Assembly (NCBI GenBank): GCA_051453625.1 | Contig: JBOZIK010000001.1 | Coordinates: 20,436,862-20,474,948, forward strand | Direction of reading: 5' to 3' | DNA length: 38,087 bases | From: Welwitschia mirabilis | Taxonomy: Eukaryota | Shown here: positions 23,726 through 36,292 of the stretch, piece by piece | Layout of the letters: each line of letters opens with the position of its first letter | Position numbering within the stretch: position 1 is the stretch's first letter | Position numbers and translations under genes: made by a program | The notes under the pieces: generated by a model | Told to the model about the DNA's origin: nothing | Databases searched by the model: none | What the model saw: only the letters and a program-made list of their open reading frames with translations

Positions 23726-25078
23726 GATTGATATTAGAGCATGATTAGAAGCTATAAATCATTTATACAGAAGACAACAAAACGTGGAAAAGAAGCAATG
23801 ATCTTGCCTTTACAAAATGGACATGTGAATGTGATGATTAGAGTAGAGAAGAGAGATTGTTATGGTTTAAGACTCTAAAAGATGAGTATTCTTTGATTCG
23901 TGAATTCCCTAATGCTTTAGATAATTTTGATAAATGAGTAGCTCTTGTAACTAGCTTTACATAGGACTAGTAGATCAACTAGTGTTATCTTTGATCTAAG
24001 GGCTTTTGTGAAGTAGCAAATAAAAGACATGAAAGAGGGAAAGTGAAAGGTGTAACTGATTCAAAATGAAGAGATCATGCAATAACTCTGATATTGGAAA
24101 GTTAACTAAAATCATAGCATTAGATCTCTGTCATTTCATCAAATACTTGTGGCTATAAAGTTGATATGCACAAGCTTTTATTTCTTAACTTTTCTATTTG
24201 TTTTCATGATTGGATTTGTAGGCTTTAAATCACAATCAATTATTGTTCTTTTTTTAGCCATGGATGCCCTAATATAGATTTTTCAAATCCTAATGCAATG
24301 CTTGAATCAGGGTGAGCTCACAAGGATAATACTAAAAAAAGTAGTTTTCTTTGTATTTTTAAAGCCTACACTGTAGTTGCATCTAATTGTTGAGATGGAA
24401 CTAGATCGCATCTCTAATACCACAACATGTACATTTTGTACTCTTGAATGATACTTATCCATTTGAAAATAGCACAATGGCTTTTAATTTAGAGGAATTC
24501 ATGATGTTTCTAAGAAAAACATAGTTAGGGACTAATCTTCAGCACTTTAGACTTTAGTGTCATCTCCTATGATGATAATCATTAACTCATATATTTAAGT
24601 TCTTCAGACCTATTGCAAATCTACATCTTCAACTCTTCAAGATTTTTTGTTCCTAGATTAAAAAAGAATCTCACATACTTTATTTCATCATTCTTTTTCT
24701 TTTAATACTGATTCTTGGTGTATATTTTTTGATACACATTAAATTTTTAAAGGTCATTCATTAGGTGCATATGCCCTTATTTTTGTGGTTTAATTTTGTT
24801 TTTATTTCATGGATGTATTTATTAATGTATTTTTAAGGTAAAATTAAAAGTTTATAAAAGGATTTATATGATGAGGATCAAAATTTATCAATTCCTATTG
24901 TTAAAGCTAGGTTGGTGGCTTGTCCCAATCTATCATATGTTATTTAATTTTATGTGAAAACGATATTAGAATAAGTGGTATGGGACACTTCTCGTAATAA
25001 TGTTTTTATATGAAAATTACTTGGGTTAGACCCATATTATTTATTGGGTGTGTTCTATATTTTGGCTTTGTACCATTC

Positions 25079-25190
25079 AAGCTAAGTGCTACTAGCTAAG
25101 TGCTACCAAGCTCAGTGCTATAAGCTCAGTTCTACGAGCTCAGTGCTATCAAGCTTAATGTTATGAGCTCAGTTCTATTAGCTTAGTACT
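25079..25190. repeat. Minisatellite, about 8 copies of a 14-15-bp unit (consensus agctcagtgcta(c/t)n)
   Basis: agctaagtgctact / agctaagtgctacca / agctcagtgctata / agctcagttctacg / agctcagtgctatca / agcttaatgttatg / agctcagttctatt / agcttagtactcc. Confidence 0.88.
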
Positions 25191-25729
25191 CCTAAGAATA
25201 ATGCTTTATTACTTTTTGTAAAGTTAGGTCTTATGTACAAGCTTAACATTTGATTGGGGGGAAGGGGGATGAAAGGGTGTTTGTTGAAATTCTTTCTTAT
25301 CTCCTTCCTATTTTTCTCTCATATTTATCTATTACCATGATTCTAAAGCATCACTTGGGAAAGGAACCAAGGTAATAATAAATCCAAGAATACCAAGATG
25401 TACTAAAATAAAAAGATATATGAATGAACCTTTAAACAAAAGAAATATAAGAAAAATAATAAGAAAAGAAATGTTTAATTCCAAAATATGCCATAAGCAA
25501 GAATATCCTACATAGAATTATTTAGTGTTTTATGATTAGATCAAGTAGAAAGGTTAATCATACTATATAGATTAAATGAAGTAAGGGTTAGACTCATGTA
25601 ATACTACAGAAAATTCCATATTAATGATGATGTAATTGATAAATGAAGTAAAAGAAGAATCTTTTAGATATGATAAGTATTGGATTTAGTTTGATCTTAT
25701 ACAGGATTAAGATTATAAGATAGTATAAT

Positions 25730-28460
25730 ATATTATTGGATAATGAATTTGCGAGCACCACAACATGTGACATCTAAAAAAGATCTCTTTTGTAATCTAA
25801 ACATGAAGTTTCAAGAAAGATCTCTTTTGTAATCTAAACATAAAGTTTCAAGATAAGCAAGAAGTTTTAAAGTTCAGTTCACATAGAAGACAAAATTTCT
25901 TAGCCTCTTTTGGTTAGTGGATCAATGTTGATGTATCCTTTAGATGAAGCTATAATACTCCAACCAAGACATGCTATGTGTTCTAGGCCTAAGGCATAAT
26001 TTATCATCTTTGACTACTTTGGTTCAAGGAGGTTATAATATTATGATGATAATAATAAAAGGAATAGTAAACATTTTGAAGGAAAGAAACACCTATTTCA
26101 CTAGCAAACTAGATGGAAAACATATCTATGTTAATAGTAGAGAATTAAGAAATTAATAAGATAGTATTCCTTCATTCAAATTTGAGGCTATAACATATCA
26201 CTATTTAGTTGAGGAGATGTATAATTAAAAGAATCTTTCAAAAGAAGCACTCTATCATTCATAAGTTGATCATATATAATTATAGAAGATTTTTAATTTG
26301 AAGAGAGTTTCAAAGGATCTTAAAGTAAAGATTATATAGTGCAAAGACTATGTTCTTAGTGAAGTGACAAGGTAATTATTTAAGAAGATCCATTACAAGT
26401 CCAAGAAGAAACTACAGTTGGTACATTTTGATGTTTATGGACTACTATTAATTACGACTCTAGTAGATAATTACTATTATATCACTTTAATTAATTATTT
26501 AAAAAAGAAAATATGGATGAAATTCTTAAATATAAGTCATAAGTCTTCAAGATATTTAAGCCTTGGAGAAGATCTATTGAAAATAAATATGACTCCAACA
26601 TTAAGGCTTTATAATTAATAAGGAATGGAAGTATGTTTTTACAAAATTTATTAAATATTTGGGAAAAACATTAAATAAAACATCAAACCACTATTATAAG
26701 AATGCCATAATATATTGATAATAGAAAAAGCATGAACTGTCTGCTTCTTGGTATGGTAAAATTTAAGTTGATTTATAAAGAGAAATCTACCTACTTATGG
26801 GTTAAGGCTCTAGACTTAGCCTTCAAAACTTTAAATTGTCTATTAAAGAAAGATAGAAAATAACTTAATAACTTGTAAAATAGATGTGCTCACAGTGTTC
26901 AATTCTTTAGAGAATTTATCTCATGGTGGTACGAATTTATTTTTCCATGAAAATCTAAAAAATTAATAGTTATGTGATTAGCTTAGATTTTTTGTTGAAT
27001 GTGGAACACATAACAAGGGATATAAGGTTTTATTTCCTTAGTAATAATAGACCATGCTTATTCTTAAGGTAATCTTTAATTATCCTAAAAAAGGACTATC
27101 AAGTTAAATGATAGAATTAAATCTCATATTGTAAATTGCAATGAAGTTAATTTACATGATGTGTCTATAGAGATACTATTATTTAGAAGGATAAGGTAAT
27201 CCTCTAATGTTATTCTGTAGATGCAAATTCAGGAATTTTTTCATTATTAGTTTTACTAATTATTAAAGTAGCAGTTGCAACTAGCTAAATCTAAAAGATA
27301 AAGTAAGTAAAAAGGTTAGGTATCTATCCTATTTTCACACCATGGTCTAATTGAAAAACCATTTATCCTTTATTTCATTAGTATCTTAAAAGGCTAAAAA
27401 ATGCATCAAATTGGTGTAAAACCACATTTCTAAATAGATATTTACATGGATAAATCTAAAAGTTTTAAAGTTAAAGAATAGGAGTAGAAGTTGTGTAGAC
27501 TTAGCAAGTCTTTATATAGATTAAAATAAGTATTTCACACTTGGTATGCTAAGTTGAAAGATAACTTAGTAATATAAGGCCTTAAAATGAGTAACTATAA
27601 CATTATAGGTACAACTTTATTCATCAATAATCAAATGATAAAAGCACATATCTCATTGTACTTGTGGATAATATACTATTCACTAGAAATAGTCAAATAG
27701 AAATCAACAAGGAAAAGTGAATTTTAATAAGTTTTTTAAAAATACTTATCTTAGTTTGATGAGGTATTACTTAGATATGAAAGTACTTCAAGATCATGGA
27801 AAGATATTTCTGCGATATTCAAAATACATTAGTAATATGCTAAATAAGTTTGAAATAAAAGAGGATTCTTTAGAGGCAAATAAGAATTTATATCATAGAA
27901 ATATTAGATTCCTAATTTGTATTACTAGTATTGAACTTGACATCTCACATACAATTGTAATATTAGCAAGGTATATGATAAGATCAAAATAAAGAAATTA
28001 TAGTGATATGAGTTCTTCGATACCTTAAGAAGATACATAATCTTGGTTTTAATTCAAATAAAATGATGAATTCAAGTTGAATAAATACTCAAAGTTATAA
28101 TTTAGTAAATGAAAAATGTTAAGAGATCAGGAACAGATTACATAACTCTACTAGAGCTTTGTTAATCTCATGGAGAATAAAGAGGTAGAAAATTATATTA
28201 AATTCTTCAGCAAAAGCCAAATATGTTTCTTTTCCTTAGAAATAAACAAGAAAGTACTCTATATGTAAAAGTTTTTTGAGACCTTGGATCTTAGTTAAAC
28301 AAGGCCTATGAAATTATATGTGGATAATTGATTTGCTATTCACATAACAAAGAGTCTAGTATTTTATGATAGAATAAAGCATATACCTATGAAATCCCAC
28401 ATAGCATGTGAACTTGTTTAAAATGAAATCATTGAGATGAATCATATATATTACAAATTT
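25730..28460 (+). pseudogene. Copia pol remnant (PR-INT-RT-RNase H)
   Basis: ORF fragments 25971-26156, 26418-26618 and 27717-27992 (LSLMRYYLDMKV.Q....IFL...KYI..ML.KF), plus K.LVFYDRIKHI.MK.H (RNase H NPVFHxRTKHI motif) at ~28350-28400. Confidence 0.82.
25779..25853. repeat. 37-bp tandem duplication within the Copia protease region
   Basis: aaagatctcttttgtaatctaaacat(g/a)aagtttcaag at 25779 and 25816. Confidence 0.9.
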
Positions 28461-29630
28461 AAATTAACCTATTTGACATATTTGTAGAGCACATTTTTAG
28501 GTTCTATTGATAGGGTTTCTAGGGATTTATGCAAATTATGCAAAGCTTCCATGCAAGTCATGAAATGCAATAACTTACAATACAAGAAGTTATTTCTTTA
28601 TAACAGTGAACCAAAGGATGATGTTCAAAGTACATTTGAGCAAGAAAAATTAGTCATCTACCTTTTCATTAGGATGACTCATGCAAAATGATAGCTATTT
28701 GATAGGATCTGATAGTTGTTCGTTATGTCATTAGGATAACCACTATAGAATGACGTACAATAGGAGCAATTGAATAGTCATCTCCTATGTTGTTGGCACA
28801 ACACCCAAGATGATAGTCAGCATAGGTTGAATGGTCAACACATGTCAAGCACTTAGTTGATGGTTGGATTAGTCTTCCACTATGTCATGGGGATGATGAA
28901 AAGAATGAAAAACAAAATAGTTTGAAAAACTAATCCAATTATCATGAAAGTATAGATCCTAGTCACATCTTTTCATTTCATACTCCTTGGAGACCCTTAA
29001 CTGTCCATCCAAACTATAAATAAATCCTCTTGAGCCTCATTCCATTTTTTAGCATCTAATTTCTTATGACATTTGGAGATTTTGGGGGCAAGGAGATCCA
29101 TCCTACTTGTAAGAAGAACTACCTTGATGTTAGGCAGTGAATATTCCATTGAGGAGTTGTTGTTGTAAGCAGATGTACTTTAATTTTGTTAATAAAGATA
29201 TTGATGGAATTGGGATTCTTTTCAAATACTTTCTTGTTTCTTCTTTATAACTTATCTTAATTGTAATGAAAGTGACATGAATTTGTAGTTGGTATAAGCT
29301 ATAAGAACTAATCTAAGTGATAATACATTGAAAGTTTGATTAACTAATTACATTAAGTTTGCATTTATTCTACATTGTGTTGCATCTCATCTTCATTCTT
29401 GCATTATTTAATTTCATTTCTTGTAAAGAAAAATTAAAAAATATGTTATTCTTATACTTTCTAAATCTTTTCCAAATTCTTTTTTAAAAGTCTTCTCTAA
29501 GTATATGACATTTGGGTTGATCTCATAATGAAAATATGTGTTATGTATAGACTATCATCTTTTTAGGTATTGCAAGTCAAACTTAATCTTTATAATATTG
29601 GAATTATAAGAAAAAATATGCATCACAACA
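28461..29630 (+). repeat. 5' LTR of the Athila-like element (apparently 5'-truncated)
   Basis: Homologous to 37801-38087. TATA-like tataaataa at ~29015. Ends with CA just before the PBS. Confidence 0.75.
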
Positions 29631-30475
29631 TTTTAGCACTATTACTAGGGAAGACTTTAAGGAAAAAGGAAAATTATCATTACTCAAGTAAGTATCTTAA
29701 ATTCACTTCAAATTTTTTATTTGAGTAGTTTTGTATTTTTTCTCCTGGATCTACTTGTAATCACTTGATTACCTTGTGATCTATAAGTAATTACTTGATT
29801 ATCTATTTGGAGTATACTTTAATCTTCCTTCCTTACAAATTGTAATTTTTATTTTTGATTTCTTGAAATTTTCCTTTCTTTAATTTCAAGTGCAATCTTA
29901 ATTTGAGGGATTTATATTTCAATTTGGTAAGCATTTTATAATATTTGAAATTATTTTTCTATTCCTACTCCTTCTTTGAAGAAGGTTATTAATCATTACT
30001 AGATCTACCCCTTGCACTTAGTGTGATCTTAGGGATTACCACATTGATTATTATTTTCAACAGAATTGGCCTACACTTTATGCTTCTTGTGATCTAAGTA
30101 ATTGCCACATTCATTTGGTGTATCCTACTTCTCATACCTTTGAGTGATCTTGGATATTATTGTCAGTTAAACTAAAGAAGTTTATGTAACATAATTTAAT
30201 CTTATAGGGTAATGGTAAATAGCGATAAAGGCAAACACACTTGTAAAGGACGTTTCCTTAAAGAGGAAATCAAAGAAGGTTTAATGGACTTTAATTCAAG
30301 AACTTGAAGTGAGAAAGAAAAGTCTATTTCTTTAATTGAGTAAGATGATTATTCTACATTTACTGTTTCTTGTTCGCATACTTCTAAACATTTGAAAATT
30401 TCTAAAAATCAACCAAGTTCTAATAAAAATCTTACCTTTTCTCATTTGCCTAATCATCCTAATTTTTCTACCTAT

Positions 30476-31202
30476 ATGGCATTCAACAAATATTCATACA
30501 AAATATCATGATCCTCTATTTCAAATGTTACTTTAGATGATATGTTAGCTAATAAAAAGAGGAAACTTCAAAACCCATTTGACTTGCCTACCAGAGATGA
30601 TGCAGAATTAAAGAACTTAAATGCCTATCCTACCTTTTTTAAAGAACCTAATAAGGATCCATTCCAATACATAGCTGAGATTGAATAGCTCATCCTCACT
30701 TTAGGAAATATAAAAAAAAAATTTTAAATAGAACCTACATGATCATTTTTCCCTTCACCCTAAGAGAAAAAGCAAAAAATTAGATTACATCAAATACAAA
30801 AGCCTTCAAAGTTGGAATCAAGTACAAGATGTATTTATCAAATAATTCATAAGTGAGACAGTCATGACACCAAGAAGAAAGAAAGTAACCAATTTTCAAT
30901 AATACCCCTATGAAGATTATTCCTCAACATATGAAATATTTTTAATAACTATATCATTCAATCTAGTGAATGAGTTTTCAAAAGAAGAACTTATTAATCA
31001 CTTCTATAGTGGATTGAATAGTCAAACCAATCAAATGATAGATTTTTATTATGGTGGAAATTTATTCAATTTAACCTTAGATGATGCTCAGAACTTATTA
31101 GAATACCTTGTAGAAAGAATTCAAAATTGGCTTAAACCAATATGTAAAGATACTAGAACTTTGGGTGAAATACTTGGAGATTGGAAAAAAGTGCAGTATT
31201 AA
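30476..31202 (+). pseudogene. gag: Gypsy gag remnant
   Basis: EPNKDPFQYIAEI (~30643-30685), FPFTLREKAKN* (~30748-30783), ELINHFYSGLN.QT.QMID...GG.L..LT.DDA..LLE.L (ORF 30966-31202). Confidence 0.82.
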
Positions 31203-32119
31203 GAAGAATAACCAAAGGTTAACACCCTACTTACTGATCTAAATAGTGCCTTGGAGAGTTACACAAAAGTATTAAATAATGCAAAATTACTAAATCAACT
31301 CAAGCTTTGTAAAATAGGTGATGAAAACTCTCACTTTACCAAAGAATACCTAGCTTTGTCAACTTGTAAAGAGGCCATGTTCAATGAAGTCTATGCATTT
31401 AATCAAAAACCAAACAACTTTGAAAGCAACCAATAATATCCACCCCAAAATAATGAACTTTCAACATCTTTCAAACTGTCATTTGATAACAAATTTAGAA
31501 GTCATAAATCTTAACCCAATTTTTCTAATTACAACATAAATGACTCTTATAGAAAAATAATGGAATAACTCAAAAAGACTTAATATACTACTAATGAAAT
31601 CCTAAATAATTAGAATAAGAGCTTAAAAAATTTGACCAGCTTCCTTTGACAAAACATGCTAGGAAATCAAAGACCTCAATAATCACTTGCCAACCAAACT
31701 ATTCCAAATCTAAATGATGTGAAAAAAGATTGGAAAGTAGTTACAAGAACTGGACATGATACTACTTTCCATGAAGAACCCTTAACTTCTTTCCATAAAG
31801 ATAAGGAAGTATATCAAGAAGATGATGTTGAAATTCTTGATCAACCAAACTTTCCTCCTACTCTCAACTTTAAATTAAACAATAACAACCAACATCCAAA
31901 GAAGAATACTACCTTGTGAATGGATAGATTAAACACCGATACCACTTATGATGAGTATTTAAAGGAAATTATAAAGGATGTCACTATTAAAATGCCTTTA
32001 AGACAAACCCAAGTACAACAAAATTTGGAAGGACTTAGTGAGAATAAAATAAAAGAGAACAATCCCAAGTACAGTGTTCATTTCATAATCCCTTTCCAAC
32101 TTAGTTTCTCAAAAATGTT

Positions 32120-35100
32120 ATAAGTTTAAAGATCTAAGGAAAGCCATCATTTGTTTTTGTTGGAGAGAAATAAGAAAATCAAGAAAGCTTTAACAGAAAT
32201 AGGATAAAGTGTAAACATTATGCCTTTACACATTTGTAGAAAGTTTAGATTACAAGGGAGAATTCAACCTACTAGAATAATAGTGGAATTAATTGATGTA
32301 ATAATTAAGAAACCTATAGGAATAATTAAAGACTTAGTGATTTAAATTAATAAGTATTGCTACCCTATAAATGTAGTTATCATTAAGGTTGAGCATAACA
32401 GAGCATATCCTCTACTTGTAGGAAGAGACTCTTGTGCAATAGCCCCTTGGATTATTGATACCCAAATAGGGATGATGGAGTATCATATAGGTAATAAAAA
32501 CTTTAAGATCAGAGTATTTAATGTTGCTGAGAAAGACATGGGAGATGGATTAGAAATGAAAGAAAAAGTTAGGTCCTTTATGTTAGTGCAACATCATCCT
32601 TTAGAGAAAAGGCTCCTTTTATTACATAACTTTATCTTGTTTGATGATGAGAAGGAATCTTATATTATTCTTAAATATTTAAACTCCTCCAGTCCTTGCA
32701 ATCTCAACCAAGGTCTCTTAAGTCACTCTTCTGATGATGATTCTGATATGGACTTTGAATCCATACTTGATCATGGTATCCAACATGTAAGATCCATTGA
32801 AGATCTTTTACATCAAGATGGGTGTTCTACAACTATGAAAGATGAAAATGATCTTTAACTTAAAGACTTATCCAATGATTTAAAATACATCTTATTAAAT
32901 AACAATCCTAATAAGTCATTTATCATTATTTTTCAACTTCATCGTTTATCAAAAAAAGCCTTGATTCAACTTATTACTTCAAAAATACAAGCTTTTTCTT
33001 GGACTCATAAAGATCTTAGTGTTATTTCTTCTTATATTATTTAATACAAAATTTATCTAGATGACAATGTTAAATCCATTAAGAAACCTTAAATAAGACT
33101 TAATCTTGTTATTAAGTGAATAGTCAAGAACAAAATCATTAAGATTATGGATGCAAGTATCATCTATGTCAATTTGGATAGTAAATGGGTTAGCACCCTT
33201 ACCATAGTACCCAAAAATGAGGAAATGTGGTGAGTATCCATTGATTTTAGGAAACTCAATGATGTAACCAACAAAGATCATTGCCCCTTGCTTTTTCTTG
33301 GTCAAGTTATTGATAGGATCCATGGTCATTCTTACTATTGCTTCCTTGATGGATATATAACCAAGTGTAAATTGCCCATAAAGATCAATCTAAGACAATC
33401 TTCACCTCCCCTTTTGGTACCTTTGCCTTTAGAAAATTCCATTTGGCATATGTAATTTGCTAGAAACATTTCAAAGAGCCATGATTGGTATTTTCTCAAA
33501 TATAATTAAGGATTCTATTGAGATATTTATGAATGATTTTTCTATCTTTGATTATTCTTTTAAACAAATCTTAGAAAGATTAGAAAAAATCCTTAGCCAT
33601 TTTATAGAGAGTGGCCTTCATCTTAGTTGGGATAAGAGTAATTTTCTTGTAAGGGATGGGATTGTACTTGGTCACCACATTTCTTGTAATGGTATTATAA
33701 TGGACCCTTCCAAGATAGACATCATCAAGAACCTCTTTCCTCCAACTAATGTTAGATGAGTGAGATTTTTTCTGGGTCATGTTAGATTCTATAGAATATT
33801 CATTAAGGATTATGTTAGGCTTTACAAACCCATCCATTCCCTCCTTGAAAAAGATGCCAAGTTTTATTAGAATAAAGATTGTCAAAATGACTTTGAAAAT
33901 ATTAATGACAAAATCACTTTCAAACCCATTGTAGGAGGATCCAATTGGAGCATAGATTTTGAGTTAATATGTGATGCTAGCAATATTACTATAGGTGGAG
34001 TTTTAGAACAAAAACATGAAAAGGAATAAAAAGTTGTTGATTAAATTAGTAAAACCTTTTTTGAAGCTTAATTGAACTATATGACCACTAAAAAAATGCT
34101 TTTTATCATCTTTTTCCTTGACAAACTAAGACATTACCTTCTTTATTTTCATACAAACGTCTACATCATGTAGTCATTTATTATTTTATGATGAAAGAAA
34201 GATTTGAATGCTATACTTATTTCATGGATACTTCTCATGAAAGAATTTGAATTAACCACCATAAATAAAGAAGGTAAACATAATCATGTTTTTTATCATA
34301 TTTTAAGAATTCATTAAGAAAGGAATCCTTTGCATTTTTCTTTGAATCTCCCTATTATGAATTTCTTTTCTAATGAAAAATTGTTTTACATTCATGATTT
34401 ATATGCTATATCCTCTCAACGTCTCGCTCCTTGATATGTTGATATTGTAAACTATCTTGTCAATTTCAAAATCCACTAACATTGGACTTCTAATCAAAGA
34501 AAATCATTTATCCATATAATAGAGGATTGTGAATGAAATGAACCACACATTTATCAAAGATGTAAAGATCAAATCATGCATAAGTGTATGCCAAAGTGGG
34601 AACAACTTGACATTATTTTCCTTTGCCATGGTGATGTATGTGAAGATCACTTTAGTGATTAAAAAATAGCTATCAAAATACTTCATGCTGGCTTCTATTG
34701 TTCTACCCTTTTCAAAGACTCTTTTGATCATGTATGAAGATGTGATGCATGTGAACATTTTGGAAGCTTAACCAAATTTCATGATATACCTTTAAAACCT
34801 ATCCATGAATGTGAATCTTTTGATTATTAGGGTATAGATTTATAGACCCTCTTAAACCATATTCTTGCAATAAGTATTACAACTTAGTAGCCATAGACTA
34901 TGTCATGAAATGAGTTAAAGTAATTCCTACTTAAACCAATGATGTCAAATCCATGCGTTCCTTTCTAAAATCCAATATATTCCATAGTTTTGGCTTCTTA
35001 GAATCTTAATTAGTGACCAAGGTACCCACTTCATTAATAAGGTTCTTAGGAAACTCTCCTTTCTAGAGGAATTGAACATATAATTACAAATGCCTATTAC

Positions 35101-36292
35101 CCTCAAACAAATGGTCAAGCTGCAAATGCTAATAGTGAGGTTAAGAAGATACTCCAAAAACATATTTAAAAATAAGAAATCTTGGTCTCTCAATCTTAAT
35201 GATGTGATATGGGCTTACTATACTGCTTGATGTAATTCACTTAGATNNNNNNNNNNNNNNNNNNNNNNNNNNNNNNNNNNNNNNNNNNNNNNNNNNNNNN
35301 NNNNNNNNNNNNNNNNNNNNNNNNNNNNNNNNNNNNNNNNNNNNNNNNNNNNNNNNNNNNNNNNNNNNNNNNNNNNNNNNNNNNNNNNNNNNNNNNNNNN
35401 NNNNNNNNNNNNNNNNNNNNNNNNNNNNNNNNNNNNNNNNNNNNNNNNNNNNNNNNNNNNNNNNNNNNNNNNNNNNNNNNNNNNNNNNNNNNNNNNNNNN
35501 NNNNNNNNNNNNNNNNNNNNNNNNNNNNNNNNNNNNNNNNNNNNNNNNNNNNNNNNNNNNNNNNNNNNNNNNNNNNNNNNNNNNNNNNNNNNNNNNNNNN
35601 NNNNNNNNNNNNNNNNNNNNNNNNNNNNNNNNNNNNNNNNNNNNNNNNNNNNNNNNNNNNNNNNNNNNNNNNNNNNNNNNNNNNNNNNNNNNNNNNNNNN
35701 NNNNNNNNNNNNNNNNNNNNNNNNNNNNNNNNNNNNNNNNNNNNNNNNNNNNNNNNNNNNNNNNNNNNNNNNNNNNNNNNNNNNNNNNNNNNNNNNNNNN
35801 NNNNNNNNNNNNNNNNNNNNNNNNNNNNNNNNNNNNNNNNNNNNNNNNNNCCATTAACTTAATGTATTAAACCATGAGGAGAATGTTCACTATCATTTAG
35901 CACAACTGCAATACCTTGATGAGAAAAGAATGAGTGCTATCCATAGACAATTCATCTATAAAGCCTAGGTCAAATTTTATCATAACAAAAAGTTTCTTCA
36001 TAAATCCTTTAAATCAGGTTAATTCATGCTTTTCTATAATATACGATTACATATTTTACATAATAAGTTGACCTCTAAATGGTTTAATCCTTCTCATGTG
36101 AAAAGGGTACATTCCAATGGCTCTGTTGAGATCTCTGACCTTCAAACTCAAGAAATCCAAAAAGAAAATGAACAAAGGTTAAAAATTTATACATTTATGG
36201 ATGATTGTTCTTATACCTTGAATGTGATGGAAGTAATTCACTTGGAAGATTTCCTTTGCAAAAAGAAGAATCTGGCCTTTGCCATTTATTAA
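32120..36292 (+). pseudogene. pol: Gypsy pol remnant (PR-RT-RNase H-INT), interrupted by the gap 35247-35850
   Basis: PR AL.E.G*SVNIMP (~32187-32225). RT IDFRKLNDVTNKDHCPL, YCFLDG (~33336), FMNDFS (~33526). RH CDAS (~33970). INT CHGDVCEDHF, CDAC, *GIDL, LISDQGTHF (~35006), YYPQTNGQA (~35095), C-terminal ORF 36026-36292. Confidence 0.9.

Larger units (their letters stand above)
19001..25353 (+). mobile_element. Short-LTR non-autonomous LTR retroelement (TRIM/LARD-like), itself split by a SIRE-like insertion
   Basis: 5' LTR tgttgaaattcttccttat...ttaccatgcgtttatgacatca (19001-19252). 3' LTR tgttgaaattctttcttat...ttaccatgattctaaagcatca (25282-25353, internally shorter). Purine tract ggggggaagggggatgaaaggg (25256-25277). 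PBS reconstituted across the insertion as ttg|atattagagc. Flanks cttta/cttgg are only a partial TSD match. Confidence 0.68.
17872..28460 (+). mobile_element. Old, heavily decayed Ty1/Copia element interrupted in gag by nested insertions (19001-25353); 3' end and 3' LTR missing
   Basis: LTR end ...ttacca (18072), degenerate Met-PBS tggtattaatat (18076-18087), ATG 18097 and gag-like remnants to 19000. After 25353: zinc-knuckle remnant (~25480-25520), protease YYWIM...APQHVT (~25730-25772), VLGLRHNL.SL (25971-), integrase LVHFDVYG..YYITLINY (26418-), RT (~27400-28030), RNase H (~28130-28460). The order is PR-INT-RT-RH. The 5' LTR start is a guess. Confidence 0.8.

Noticed and set aside
25079..25190. 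Short repeat arrays as CRISPR-like (also 23345-23475)
   Set aside because: The units are head-to-tail with no unique spacers, there are no cas genes, and the context is eukaryotic TE sequence.
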